A DNA stretch of 64,000 nucleotides from an uncultured Thermodesulfobacteriota bacterium (GCA_964347335.1 CAYFYO010000001.1:2090-66089); one strand, 5' to 3'. Shown: positions 27,371 to 37,184, numbered from the stretch's first letter. Program-made: numbers and translations. The notes: generated by a model not told the origin, from the letters alone.

Positions 27371-27442
27371 CGCTCAGCGATTCAGGTCAATACTCAGAGA
27401 TCTCTGTGAGAGATGAAAACTGACTTCACGTGCGTGCATTGG
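27371..27442. repeat. intergenic repeat copy B, paired with 15950-16030
   Basis: It contains a perfect 12-bp palindrome CAGAGATCTCTG and is about 85% identical to copy A. Confidence 0.6.
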
Positions 27443-27634
27443 ATTAAGATTACCTAGAAATTATTCAAGGAATTCGATATCTTGTCAAGCACAATCTCTC
27501 GTATTAAGAATAGCAGATATTGAAAGAGGACGATCCTCTGAAACAGCTCGATCACGGGCTACATGGGATCTGGAGGAAACACGACGCTGTTCGGACCGAA
27601 ACACAAGGAAATCTAGCGGGGTTTCGGGGGGTCC

Positions 27635-29359
27635 ATGGACAATACAGCGCGGGCCGACAAGGAATTTCCCAGGGAGTTTGTTCCGACAGACGCAGATCTC
27701 GGGAAGTGGCCTGAGATCGAGCCCTTGTTTCGTGCCCTCTATTCGAGGGAGATAAAGACCCAGGCTGACCTAGAGCGATGGCTTTTGGATTTGAGCGAGC
27801 TGGCTTCCTGTCTCGATGAGGAGGGCAGCCGCCGCTACATTGCCATGACCTGCCACACCGATGATCCGGTGGCGGAGAAGGCGTATCTCCATTTCGTGGA
27901 AGCGGTTGAACCCCACTACAAGCCGTGGTGGCAGAAGCTTTATAGGAAGTACGTCGATCATCCTTTTCACGATGGTCTCGGCCGAGAGAGATATGCTGTC
28001 CTCGACAGAAAGATCGAAAACCACGTCCGCCTATTCAGGGAGGAGAACATCCCCCTCCAAGTGGAAGAATCGAGGCTCTCCCAGCAGTATCAGAAGATCA
28101 CCGGGGCGATGACCGGTTGGTTCGAAGGGAAAGAGCAGACCCTCCAGCAGCTCGCCATGTACCTTGAGCAACCGGACAGGAATGTCAGACGGACCGTATG
28201 GGAGACCATTACTGCACGCCGCCTTGATGATCGGGAGGAACTCGAAGAGATTTTCGATCGGCTCATCAGTCTTCGACAAGAAATCGCCAAGAACGCAGGT
28301 TTTGAGAATTATCGGGATTATGCCTTTCTCCACCGGGAGCGATTTGACTACACTCCGGAGGACTGTCCCCGTTTTCACGAGGCCATTGAGACCGTGGTCG
28401 TTCCCGTGGCGAGAAAGATCCTGCAAGAACGCCACAGGCGACTCGCCGTGGATCGTCTCCGGCCGTGGGATCTGAATGTGGATCCAGAGGGAAGGCCTCC
28501 CCTTCAACCCTTCAGGAGTTCAGACGAACTGATTGCGGGATGCCATCGAATTTTTGGTCACATGGATCCTGAGCTCGGTCGCCGCTTTGATTTTTTGAAG
28601 GAAAGGGGCCTTCTCGATCTGGAAAGTCGGAAAGGCAAGGCGCCGGGAGGCTACCAGAGCAACCTGGGCGAAGTGAGGTTACCCTTTATTTTCATGAACG
28701 CTGTGGGGATCGATCGCGATGTCCGGACTCTGCTCCACGAGAGCGGCCATGCTTTCCACACCCTCGAGGCCCGGGGAGAGCCGCTTTTCCTGTATCGGGA
28801 GGCTCCCATCGAGTTTTGCGAGGTCGCCTCCATGGGCATGGAGCTTTTGGGCGCACCGTTCCTCGATGAATTCTACGATGAGGCGGAGTCTCGACGGTCC
28901 TATCGGAATCTCCTGGAGGAGGTGGTTATTCTATTTCCCTGGATTGCGACGATCGATGCTTTCCAGCACTGGATCTACACACACGAGGGGCACACCCGTC
29001 GAGACAGGAAGCGGTCCTGGTTTCAACTCTGGCAGCGATTCGGCGGTATTGAGGATTGGGAGGGTTACGAGGACGGCCTCCTTTATCTATGGCACAAGCA
29101 ACCCCATCTATTCCTTCATCCCTTCTACTACATTGAGTACGGAATCGCCCAGTTAGGAGCCCTCCAAGCCTGGCAGTCAGCGAGAAAAGGCCTCCAGCAA
29201 ACAATCCAGCGTTACCGGTCCGCGCTTTCTCTGGGCGGTTCGAAGCCGCTCCCGATGCTGTTTGAGACCTGCGGCATCCGCTTCGACTTCGGCCGAAATA
29301 CGGTAGAGACGCTGATGGACGAGATCATGGAGGAGTTGCACTCCCTCCGAGGAAACTAA
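27635..29359 (+). CDS. pepF: M3B family oligoendopeptidase (PepF-like)
   Basis: HESGHAFH zinc motif (HExxH) with a downstream Glu; ~570 aa. Confidence 0.85.
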   Translation: MDNTARADKEFPREFVPTDADLGKWPEIEPLFRALYSREIKTQADLERWLLDLSELASCLDEEGSRRYIAMTCHTDDPVAEKAYLHFVEAVEPHYKPWWQKLYRKYVDHPFHDGLGRERYAVLDRKIENHVRLFREENIPLQVEESRLSQQYQKITGAMTGWFEGKEQTLQQLAMYLEQPDRNVRRTVWETITARRLDDREELEEIFDRLISLRQEIAKNAGFENYRDYAFLHRERFDYTPEDCPRFHEAIETVVVPVARKILQERHRRLAVDRLRPWDLNVDPEGRPPLQPFRSSDELIAGCHRIFGHMDPELGRRFDFLKERGLLDLESRKGKAPGGYQSNLGEVRLPFIFMNAVGIDRDVRTLLHESGHAFHTLEARGEPLFLYREAPIEFCEVASMGMELLGAPFLDEFYDEAESRRSYRNLLEEVVILFPWIATIDAFQHWIYTHEGHTRRDRKRSWFQLWQRFGGIEDWEGYEDGLLYLWHKQPHLFLHPFYYIEYGIAQLGALQAWQSARKGLQQTIQRYRSALSLGGSKPLPMLFETCGIRFDFGRNTVETLMDEIMEELHSLRGN

Positions 29360-29892
29360 TTCCTGTCCTTCAGAACGTACCCCATTCTCAGAGCCCCTTG
29401 GCCAGCGGGGTATTTCCACCGCTCCTTTCGCAAGATTTCGAAACCGTTCCGGAGAAAGAAAGAGCGACCCGGGAAGTTTGATTCCGCAACCGAGAGCTGG
29501 ACTTCTGGAATAGAAATCTCTCCAGAGTAATGGAGCGGCCACTGCTTGGCGAACTCGATCATTTGGGAGCCGATGCCCTCGTCACGGCGGCCTTCCTCCA
29601 CGGCGATGGCCAAGATTTCCGCAAAATAGGGTCCTCGTCTTTTCTGCTTTCGGATTACCAGCATAAGGATACCGGCGGGAGCGGCCACGTCTCCGCGGAT
29701 TTCCTCAGCCACAAAGGTAAAGACGCCTTTGGAAAGAAAGAATTCTGTCAGGATGGTCTCGTAATCTCCATATATGGAGAAAGCCTTGAGCGCAAGAGAG
29801 CGGAGAAAGGGGAGATCGTCGGGGAAGGCCTTTCGAATCCGTATCAACTGGTTGGAACGCTTCACTGCCTCCATACCAACGCGATGCCTCAT
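29356..29892 (-). CDS. GNAT family N-acetyltransferase
   Basis: It has the Q/RxxGxG/A-like acetyl-CoA motif (RRGPYFAEILAIAVEEGRRDEGIGSQMI). It overlaps the pepF stop by 4 nt, convergently. Confidence 0.7.
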   Translation of the reverse strand: MRHRVGMEAVKRSNQLIRIRKAFPDDLPFLRSLALKAFSIYGDYETILTEFFLSKGVFTFVAEEIRGDVAAPAGILMLVIRKQKRRGPYFAEILAIAVEEGRRDEGIGSQMIEFAKQWPLHYSGEISIPEVQLSVAESNFPGRSFFLRNGFEILRKERWKYPAGQGALRMGYVLKDRN

Positions 29893-30282
29893 GATTGAGC
29901 ACCGAGATTATACCACAAAGCGGAGTTTTACACTCGCCATGACGGGTACCCCGGAAATCTCCTCATTTTCGTTCAACGGACATTTTTCAGTGCGAACTGC
30001 TTCGCCTTTAACCTTGAGCCCTTAGCCTTTGTCCTTTAGCCTGGATCGGTACCTCCACCGCTTCGGCAACGTCGCTCAGAGATAGCGGGCTCCCTCAAAA
30101 ATGAGAAAACCTCTCATATCGTAAAGCCTTGAACCCAAGATTTTTTCATGGTAAGAATGCGAGCGAACGATTCGGTGAAGGCGCTTTTATCACCCTTTGG
30201 CTTTCTCGTCATGGGAAGGGAAACCCTCACAAAAGGAAACGACTGGCTGGACTGCCCTTGCCCCGGTATGGAGGAGCCCGTT

Positions 30283-30768
30283 ATGGCCAAGACAAACCAA
30301 ATCTCGGTGTTTCTTCCCAACACCCCTGGGGAACTCTTGAAGCTCTGTGATCATCTGAAAAGCGAAAACGTCAACATCTTGGCCATCAGTATTCAGAATG
30401 CCAAGGATTATGTGGAAGAGCTGTATCGGGCAAGGGAGAGAAGCGGACGTCGAATTGTCCTTGCAGAGAGTTATCGAGGTGTCCTGCGAGAGTCGTCTGA
30501 CTATTCGGTGATCAGACTGGTTGTCGACCAGCCCGAGGAAGCCGAGGAAATCCTCCATCGGGCAAAGTACGCCGTTGATATTGAACCGGTTATCTGCCTC
30601 ACCCTGACCAACAAGCCCGGTGTTCTCGGAGAAGTCGCCGGAAAATTCGCTCAGGCCAATATCAATATCGATTACGTGTATGGTTCGGTCATGGAGGATG
30701 CCAAGGAATCCCTCTTTGTCGTCCATATTCCGGACATCGATAAAGGATTAGGGCTCCTTGAGGGCTGA
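30283..30768 (+). CDS. tandem ACT-domain protein
   Basis: Two ACT-like beta-alpha-beta-beta-alpha-beta units (ISVFLPNTPGELLK..., ICLTLTNKPGVLGEVAG...). The start at 30283 was chosen for its GGAGGAG SD. Confidence 0.6.
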   Translation: MAKTNQISVFLPNTPGELLKLCDHLKSENVNILAISIQNAKDYVEELYRARERSGRRIVLAESYRGVLRESSDYSVIRLVVDQPEEAEEILHRAKYAVDIEPVICLTLTNKPGVLGEVAGKFAQANINIDYVYGSVMEDAKESLFVVHIPDIDKGLGLLEG

Positions 30769-30994
30769 GGCCGGGTTTTGTCGAATTGCCGCTTAAATCC
30801 CTTTGAGCGCTCCTCCAGATTTTTTGCCCATAAGTCTGAGGCGATGGGAAACGCAGGTGCGCTCAGCGGCCTGATCCGCTTCAGGCGGAGAGTTTTGAGA
30901 GCGGCTGGAGCGAACCATAGGTTTGTCAAAAAGGTTTCGGGAAAAGTGAGTAAGGATCTGGCCACTTCCCTGAACAAAGCGTGGGGGCCAGAGT

Positions 30995-31954
30995 TCACTT
31001 GATCAAATTCTCATAGAGCGTTTCAGGAGCCGGTTTGTTCTGGATCAATCCCCTCTCAAAGGCGAATTCCATAAAATCCTTCCACTTCCTCAGCGACTGG
31101 TCTTGAGAGGTTGCAAAAACCGCCAAGGTATCCCGAAAAGCCAATCCATCCAAATCTTTCCGGACATTAGGATTTGCCTCGAAATAGACCTGAAGGGCCG
31201 TTTCAGGATGGTCCTTTGTGAACTTGATGGCCTCGTCGACTGCGGTAATAAACTTCTCTGCCACTTGCCTTCTCTTTTCTAGGAACCCGTCGCTTGCAAT
31301 AAATACGAGTTCGTAATAATCGGGAACGCCGTGCTTCTCAATGGGGAAATAGTCAGCTTCCACCCCCTCCAAGGCGAGCTCGTTGATTTCATAGTTTCTG
31401 AATGCCCCCACAACGGCATCGACTTTTCCCGTCAAAAGAGAAGGTGTCAAGTTGAAACTGACGTTGATCAGTTCATAGTCATCCCGGGTGAGGCCTGCGG
31501 ATTGAGCAACGGCTTCAAAGAGAATCACCTCGGTAGGAGCAGTGGAATAGCCAATTCTCTTCCCCTTTAAGTCGGCGGGTGTTCGAATGCGGGATGCTTT
31601 CAGGAATGTGATCGTACTCAGAGGATGCTCAACCAGGATCCCGATGGCCTTTATGGGTAGCTTTTGGGATCGTGCGACGGTGACGCTGGGCTGATAACTG
31701 ATCCCAAAGTCGACCCGACCAACGGCGACGAGTTTCGGTGGATCATTCGGGTTGGCTGGAATGAGTAGCTCAATATCCAAGTTCTGTCCTCGAAAGAACC
31801 CCCTGTCCCGGGCCACATAGATGGGGACATGATCCGCATTGGGAAACCAGTCTAACATCAGTGTTAATTTGGTCGGACCGAGGGGCTGAGCAAAGCCCTC
31901 TGACCCGCACGCAAAGAAGAGGTACAAGCCAACAAGCAACCAGAGCCGCATCAT
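30995..31954 (-). CDS. thiY: NMT1/THI5-like substrate-binding lipoprotein of a ThiXYZ/Ssu-type ABC transporter
   Basis: It has an NMT1-like periplasmic binding fold and a lipoprotein-like signal (LYLFFACGSEG). It is ATGA-coupled to the permease and the operon is led by a TPP riboswitch. Confidence 0.65.
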   Translation of the reverse strand: MMRLWLLVGLYLFFACGSEGFAQPLGPTKLTLMLDWFPNADHVPIYVARDRGFFRGQNLDIELLIPANPNDPPKLVAVGRVDFGISYQPSVTVARSQKLPIKAIGILVEHPLSTITFLKASRIRTPADLKGKRIGYSTAPTEVILFEAVAQSAGLTRDDYELINVSFNLTPSLLTGKVDAVVGAFRNYEINELALEGVEADYFPIEKHGVPDYYELVFIASDGFLEKRRQVAEKFITAVDEAIKFTKDHPETALQVYFEANPNVRKDLDGLAFRDTLAVFATSQDQSLRKWKDFMEFAFERGLIQNKPAPETLYENLIK

Positions 31955-32706
31955 CTGACTTCGGAAAACCTTCTCCATGGCATCGACCACCTTTCTATCG
32001 TGACGACAAGATAAAAGAGACCCACCCCGAGGATGGTCAGGTACAAAAGCGAGGCAAAGATCAAGGAGACCTGGAGCTGCGCGTTGGCATGGAGCATGAG
32101 ATAACCCAGCCCTTCCTTTGATCCCACCCATTCCCCGATGATAGCGCCGATGGTTGAGACCGAAACCCCGATCTTACAGCCGGAGAAGACAAAAGGGAGT
32201 GCAGCGGGGACCCGGACTTTCCAAAGGATCTGCCACCGATTGGCCTTGAGAATTCTCAGCAGGTTCACGGCATCCGAATCGGCGCGTTTCAAACCATCCA
32301 GGGTATTGACAACGATGGGAAAGAAGACAATGAGCGCAGCCATAACGACCTTCGAGGGAAGCCCATAGCCAAACCAGAGAACGAGAAGCGGAGCAATGGC
32401 AAAGACCGGCACGGTTTGGGATCCAATCACGATGGGATAGAAAGTCTGCTCGAGGACAGGAAAATGAAACATCAAAAAAGCCAACGTCACACCGACTCCA
32501 AAGGCCAACAGGAAACCGACGATGATCTCTTTCAGGGTGACGAGGGTGTGATGGATGAGGAGAGGCTGTTGCAGGGCCAGCGTCCGAGCGATTTGACTTG
32601 GAGCCGGAAGGATATAACGGGGAACTCGCGCATACCAGACAGTGAGCTCCCAGAAAAGTAGAAAGAGCAAAAGGAGCATACCGGGATAGAGAATCCTTTT
32701 GGTCAT
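31951..32706 (-). CDS. thiX: ABC transporter permease (ThiX/SsuC family)
   Basis: Six TM helices with an EAA-like loop, overlapping both neighbours by 4 nt. Confidence 0.8.
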   Translation of the reverse strand: MTKRILYPGMLLLLFLLFWELTVWYARVPRYILPAPSQIARTLALQQPLLIHHTLVTLKEIIVGFLLAFGVGVTLAFLMFHFPVLEQTFYPIVIGSQTVPVFAIAPLLVLWFGYGLPSKVVMAALIVFFPIVVNTLDGLKRADSDAVNLLRILKANRWQILWKVRVPAALPFVFSGCKIGVSVSTIGAIIGEWVGSKEGLGYLMLHANAQLQVSLIFASLLYLTILGVGLFYLVVTIERWSMPWRRFSEVR

Positions 32707-33494
32707 GCGAATGCCCTCTCGATTTCCCCTTCCAACATATCGAGGAGGGTTGCCTTGAGATCGACGAGCTTTGGGTCGGTCACTTTCCTGAACCGCGGCA
32801 TATCCACGGCGATTTCCCGCTTAACGCTGGCGGGGCGAGCCGTCAACACGTAGATCCGATCGGATAGGAGCAGAGCTTCCTCCACATCGTGGGTGACCAA
32901 AAGGACCGTCTTCCGGTAATCTTTCCAGAGATCGATGAGGAGCCGTTGCATCACCGATCGAGTCATGGCATCGAGGGCCCCGAAGGGTTCATCGAGGAGA
33001 AGGATATCTTTATGGGAGAGGAGCGTCCTTACGAGGGCGACTCTCTGCCGCATGCCAACCGATAGCTCGGCCGGATAGTTCTTCTCGAATCCTTTAAGAC
33101 CCACCCGATCGATGAGCGCTTCGGCCTCTCTCTGGGCAGACGCGAGAGGTTCGCCGGAGATCTCCGGTCCCAAGAGGACATTCTGGAGAACCGTTCTCCA
33201 GGGAAAGAGGAGGTCCTTCTGCTGCATGTATGCCACTTCCCCGAGTCCGTTTTGGACTTGTCTGTTGTCAATCGAGATGATTCCTGAGTCACTCTTCATC
33301 AAGCCAGCCAGAACATTGAACAGGGTGCTCTTGCCGCATCCTGATGGGCCGAGGATGGAGATAAATTCCCCGGTGCGCACAAAAAGGGAGACATCCTGGA
33401 GAATGGTCAGGGAAAGGCTCCCCTTTGGGAGGCTCTTTTTGATCTCCCACAGAGAGAGCTTATGCTCCTTCGAGAAAGACGGTTCCCTCTTCAT
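32703..33494 (-). CDS. thiZ: ABC transporter ATP-binding protein (ThiZ/SsuB family)
   Basis: Walker A GPSGCGKST, signature LSVGMRQRVAL, Walker B LLLDEP. The start MKREPSF lies downstream of the riboswitch terminator. Confidence 0.8.
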   Translation of the reverse strand: MKREPSFSKEHKLSLWEIKKSLPKGSLSLTILQDVSLFVRTGEFISILGPSGCGKSTLFNVLAGLMKSDSGIISIDNRQVQNGLGEVAYMQQKDLLFPWRTVLQNVLLGPEISGEPLASAQREAEALIDRVGLKGFEKNYPAELSVGMRQRVALVRTLLSHKDILLLDEPFGALDAMTRSVMQRLLIDLWKDYRKTVLLVTHDVEEALLLSDRIYVLTARPASVKREIAVDMPRFRKVTDPKLVDLKATLLDMLEGEIERAFA

Positions 33495-33549
33495 TGTCCT
33501 GTCTGTCGCTTCCTTGACCGCCAGGATTGCTTTGCGACGGTCATGGAAC

Positions 33550-33585
33550 AAAAAAAGGCCGTAATTCCAATTCGGTATTACGGCC
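33550..33585 (-). terminator. intrinsic terminator forming the expression platform of the TPP riboswitch
   Basis: Minus-strand GGCCGUAAUACCGAAUUGGAAUUACGGCC hairpin followed by UUUUUUU. Confidence 0.55.
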
Positions 33586-33608
33586 ATAATCCGATTCTAT
33601 GGTTTCCG

Positions 33609-33700
33609 CTTCCCTACGCTGGAATTACCCACACAGGTTCAAAGGGTCATCCCGTCCTCGCTGGGTCGGACGGAATTCTCAGCCCGTTGAGCTCCCCTAG
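33609..33700 (-). promoter_or_regulatory. TPP (THI-box) riboswitch
   Basis: The minus strand reads GGGGAGCUCAACGGGCUGAGA...GACCCUUUGAACCUGUGUGGGUAAUUCCAGCGUAGGGAAG. The conserved CUGAGA, ACCCUUUGAACCUG, UAAU.CCAGCG and AGGGA elements are present in the canonical order. Confidence 0.75.
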
Positions 33701-33712
33701 CGAATCTCTCCT

Positions 33713-33742
33713 AAATTAGCTCCAATCCAGCCAAATGTCAAC
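33713..33742 (-). promoter_or_regulatory. sigma-70-type promoter of the riboswitch/thiXYZ operon
   Basis: Minus-strand TTGACA-18nt-TAATTT, placing the transcription start just upstream of the riboswitch. Confidence 0.45.
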
Positions 33743-33817
33743 TGTTTGGGAGATTCTCATTGCATGTCTGGCTTGACAGATTGCGTCCACCATAAGGGCC
33801 GATTTGCACACTTTTAC

Positions 33818-33846
33818 TTGACTTTACCTTAATTTACAGTATTAAT
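33818..33846 (+). promoter_or_regulatory. sigma-70-type promoter for the HD-GYP gene
   Basis: TTGACT-16nt-TATTAAT, about 30 nt upstream of a GGTGAGG SD and TTG start. Confidence 0.4.
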
Positions 33847-33877
33847 AGATTATCTTTTTTGCGGGTGAGGCCCTCCC

Positions 33878-35677
33878 TTGGAGAAGATTCATAGCTGTCT
33901 GATCACGCGAGCGATTCTTGAATACGTGAGCGCCCGGTTCCCTGAAGGGGTGGATCGCCTTGTTGAGAACCTTCATCCAGAGCTGGACGTCCTCCCTGAT
34001 CCTGCGTCGTTTCTCATGGATAGCAACAACTGGGTGTCGAGCGAAGTTTGCGCGGAGATGTTTCGGAGAGCCCAGGATATCTTTGATGATCCACGAGTTG
34101 CTTTTCGGATTGGTTACCATTCCACGGTGAATATGCGGGTGGGTGACATCCAAAAGGTCCTCATCCGGTTTTTTGGTTCACCCAAGCGCATTCTCCTAAG
34201 AATCCAGAGGGTCAATGACAAATTCAATCGAAACAAGACGGTTGAACTGGTTGAAAGGGGTCGGCGGCATGCCATCATCCGTCTCCACTGGTTCAGAGAG
34301 ACCAGCCCGGTAAAGAGCTTCTGCCACTTTGGTCAAGGTGTCTACCAAGCCATCCCGACGATCTGGAATATGCCCCCAGCAGAACTCGAGGAACCTGTTT
34401 GCTTTTTCGACGGGAATGAATTCTGCGAATATCGGATGAAGTGGAGTAAAAGATCCTTCTTTCCTCTGAATTCTGGTCTCTTCGTCCGAAGAAGGCTCCT
34501 GGAGGAGAGCATCCAGGAGATGGAGCGGGACAAGCAGCTCCTCCAACATAAGTACGACGAGATCCATCAGCTCAACCTTGAGCTTCAGAAAAAGATCAGA
34601 CAGCTTTCCTCGATTCAGGAAGCCAGCCAGGCCGTGGTGTCCATCCTCGATTTGAAGAATATCCTGGAAGTCACCTTCAGCCTGTTGGCGAGTCTATTCG
34701 GTTTTGATCGACTCGTCATCTTCGCCATAGATGAAGCGAGACGGGTCCTGAAGATCCTTCATGCGAGTGCACCTGAGAAAGAGCTGATTGAAAGGATCAA
34801 GGGTTATGAGGTCCCCTTAACCCGATTGAATAACATACTGGCAAGAGTCGCGAGCACGGGTGTGCCCGCGATCATCGAGGATGTGCAGGAGTCCTCCATT
34901 AATATGAGGAACCCGATTATCAGGCTATTTGAGCCAAAGGCTTTCGTGGTGGTCCCGCTCATCGCCAAGAACAAGATTGTCGGGGTTCTGGCGGCTGACA
35001 AAAGGGCTGAAAAAATGGCGGTGAGTCAGGAAGACAAGGATTATCTCGTGAACTTCGCGAACAATATTGCCATCGCGATAGAGAACTCCAGGCTCTATCA
35101 GGATCTCAAAAAGAACTTTGTGAACTCGATTCAGGCCCTCGCCTATGCGCTGGAGGCGAAGGACCCTTACACACGGGGCCATTCCGAGGTCGTGGCTCAG
35201 TACTCCGTGAAAATCGCTCGAGTTTTGGGGTTTTCGGAAGAAAGGATGGAAGAACTGCGCCAGATGTGCCTGCTCCACGATATCGGCAAGATTGGAGTGA
35301 TACCGGATGTTCTCGAAAAGGAAGGCGTTCCGAGCAAGGATGAATTGCAGATGGTACGGAAGCATCCGCTTATCGGTGACAATATCGTGCAGCCCCTTAA
35401 TCTGCCCTTAGAAATCAGGTCGATCATTCGAAACCACCACGAACGCTTCGACGGGAGGGGATATCCTGATGGCCTTGTGGGGGATCAGATTCCTCTGGAA
35501 GCACGGATTATCGCCGTTGCCGATGCGTATGATGCAATGGTTTCCAGCCGACCTTACCGCAAATCTCTGTCATCCCAAAGAGCGCTGAGGGAACTCGAGA
35601 AAAATGCGGGCACCCAGTTCGACCCGGAGGTCGTAAGCGTCTTCAAAACAGTGATTCATAGAGAATCAATCAATTGA
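33878..35677 (+). CDS. HD-GYP domain c-di-GMP phosphodiesterase with N-terminal unknown domain and GAF domain
   Basis: It has a GAF-like central region and a C-terminal HD-GYP (LLHDIGK...HHERFDGRGYPDGL). It uses a TTG start with SD. Confidence 0.8.
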   Translation: MEKIHSCLITRAILEYVSARFPEGVDRLVENLHPELDVLPDPASFLMDSNNWVSSEVCAEMFRRAQDIFDDPRVAFRIGYHSTVNMRVGDIQKVLIRFFGSPKRILLRIQRVNDKFNRNKTVELVERGRRHAIIRLHWFRETSPVKSFCHFGQGVYQAIPTIWNMPPAELEEPVCFFDGNEFCEYRMKWSKRSFFPLNSGLFVRRRLLEESIQEMERDKQLLQHKYDEIHQLNLELQKKIRQLSSIQEASQAVVSILDLKNILEVTFSLLASLFGFDRLVIFAIDEARRVLKILHASAPEKELIERIKGYEVPLTRLNNILARVASTGVPAIIEDVQESSINMRNPIIRLFEPKAFVVVPLIAKNKIVGVLAADKRAEKMAVSQEDKDYLVNFANNIAIAIENSRLYQDLKKNFVNSIQALAYALEAKDPYTRGHSEVVAQYSVKIARVLGFSEERMEELRQMCLLHDIGKIGVIPDVLEKEGVPSKDELQMVRKHPLIGDNIVQPLNLPLEIRSIIRNHHERFDGRGYPDGLVGDQIPLEARIIAVADAYDAMVSSRPYRKSLSSQRALRELEKNAGTQFDPEVVSVFKTVIHRESIN

Positions 35678-35754
35678 CGGGGCGATGCTCCACCCCTCGG
35701 CAGGTTCAGCGCAATCCTGGATTCTCACCGGGTTTCTGGCCTAGAGGGGAGTCT

Positions 35755-36435
35755 CTAATCGCTTCCAGCAGGCGGCTTGCGATTCCGATAGAGTCGTCTT
35801 CTCTCCATATAGGGCAAGATCTCCGAAGGAACTAAATCACCGATCTCATCTCCTCGATAACGCTTTTCTCGAATTTGAGTTGACGACAGTACTCTGATGG
35901 GGAGAGGAATGTCAAAGGGTATGATTTTACTGGCAAAAGGCCTGTTTCTTTCCTCCAAAATCAGTCTTTCAATATCATCGACACCTGCGTTTCCCCGGGT
36001 TGCCACCAGGAACTCTGAGTCGGCAAATAAGCGGGCCAGGGCAGCATCCCGGTTTTCATAGTATTTTTCGTCAAGGACTCGGATCAGGGTATCGTATCCG
36101 ACGATGAATCTGATGGTTGTGTTCTCCGGATAGGACCGCATCACAAGCTCGAGTTTCTCGACGAACCGTCCCCGATTGGTGAAGGCGACGGATACCGTGG
36201 GGTCCTTTTCGAAACAGAGGAGGATCATTGAGAGTCGTTCTTCGAGAGAAGCGCCGAATATTCTCTTGTCCAGAGGCTTTCTATCCAGGACGAGGAGAAC
36301 CTCATCAATGGGCTTCACGGTACGGGCCGATTCGATGAGTGCCTGGTGGGCTTTGGTTGGGGGATTGAATGATGATGGGAGGACACCGAGACCTTTTCCT
36401 GGCCCCGTGATGCCCTGAGGGGCCCTCTTTATCAT
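35755..36435 (-). CDS. NadD/NMNAT-like nucleotidyltransferase (nicotinate/nicotinamide mononucleotide adenylyltransferase family)
   Basis: It carries the (H/T)xGH-type motif GVLPSSFNPPTKAHQ. The start was chosen at MIKRAPQ, and the ORF extends to 36522. Confidence 0.55.
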   Translation of the reverse strand: MIKRAPQGITGPGKGLGVLPSSFNPPTKAHQALIESARTVKPIDEVLLVLDRKPLDKRIFGASLEERLSMILLCFEKDPTVSVAFTNRGRFVEKLELVMRSYPENTTIRFIVGYDTLIRVLDEKYYENRDAALARLFADSEFLVATRGNAGVDDIERLILEERNRPFASKIIPFDIPLPIRVLSSTQIREKRYRGDEIGDLVPSEILPYMERRRLYRNRKPPAGSD

Positions 36436-36505
36436 CCGAAAGGAAGGAGGTCCCTCAAGGGGAACGGTTCTGATGATCTTGCGGAGCCAGAGTCGAGTCA
36501 GTTTT

Positions 36506-36994
36506 TCATTCCTTGGTCTCATGCCTTTCGGAATACTCCAAAACCAATTCCAGTGCCTTTTCTGCGGCGATTTCTTTGATCTCTATTCTATTCCCCTGGA
36601 ATTGGAATTGTCTCACCACCGTCCCGTTTGGACTGGCGAGGGCGATAAAAACTGTGCCTACGGGAATCTCCGGTGTTCCTCCGAGAGGTCCTGCGATGCC
36701 AGTTGTTGCCAGGCCGATGGCGGTTTTCCTCCTTTCTCGAATCCCTTCCGCCATCATTCTTGCAACCGGTTCACTGACCGCGCCATGTTGGTCGATCAAG
36801 GGCTGCGGTACCCCAAGGAGATCCACCTTTGCCTTGTTGCTGTAGGAGACGATCCCCGATTCAAAGTAGTCCGAACTGCCAGAGACGTTGGTGATTCGAT
36901 GGGCAACCAACCCACCGGTACAGGATTCTGCCACGGAAATTGTCGCTTCTGATCTTCTCAGTCGATGGCCGATTTTATCTTCGATCCTCGTCAT
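36506..36994 (-). CDS. pncC: CinA C-terminal domain protein / NMN amidohydrolase PncC-like
   Basis: TISVAESCTGGLVAHRIT motif. The start was chosen at MTRIEDK to give a ~163-aa product, and the ORF extends to 37081. Confidence 0.7.
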   Translation of the reverse strand: MTRIEDKIGHRLRRSEATISVAESCTGGLVAHRITNVSGSSDYFESGIVSYSNKAKVDLLGVPQPLIDQHGAVSEPVARMMAEGIRERRKTAIGLATTGIAGPLGGTPEIPVGTVFIALASPNGTVVRQFQFQGNRIEIKEIAAEKALELVLEYSERHETKE

Positions 36995-37184
36995 AGAAAA
37001 GCTCCATGCAAAATGGCAGTGACCTTCGTCGTCTTTGGGCGTCGGAATGAGATAGGAGTCGATCAGACTGAACTCATTCAAATCTTGACAGACTCAAGTG
37101 AGAATCAGAACATATAGCATACAGACTCGATATACCTACGGGTGCTTCTTACTGCCGTTTATGATCGTACCTCCCTGTGACGAG

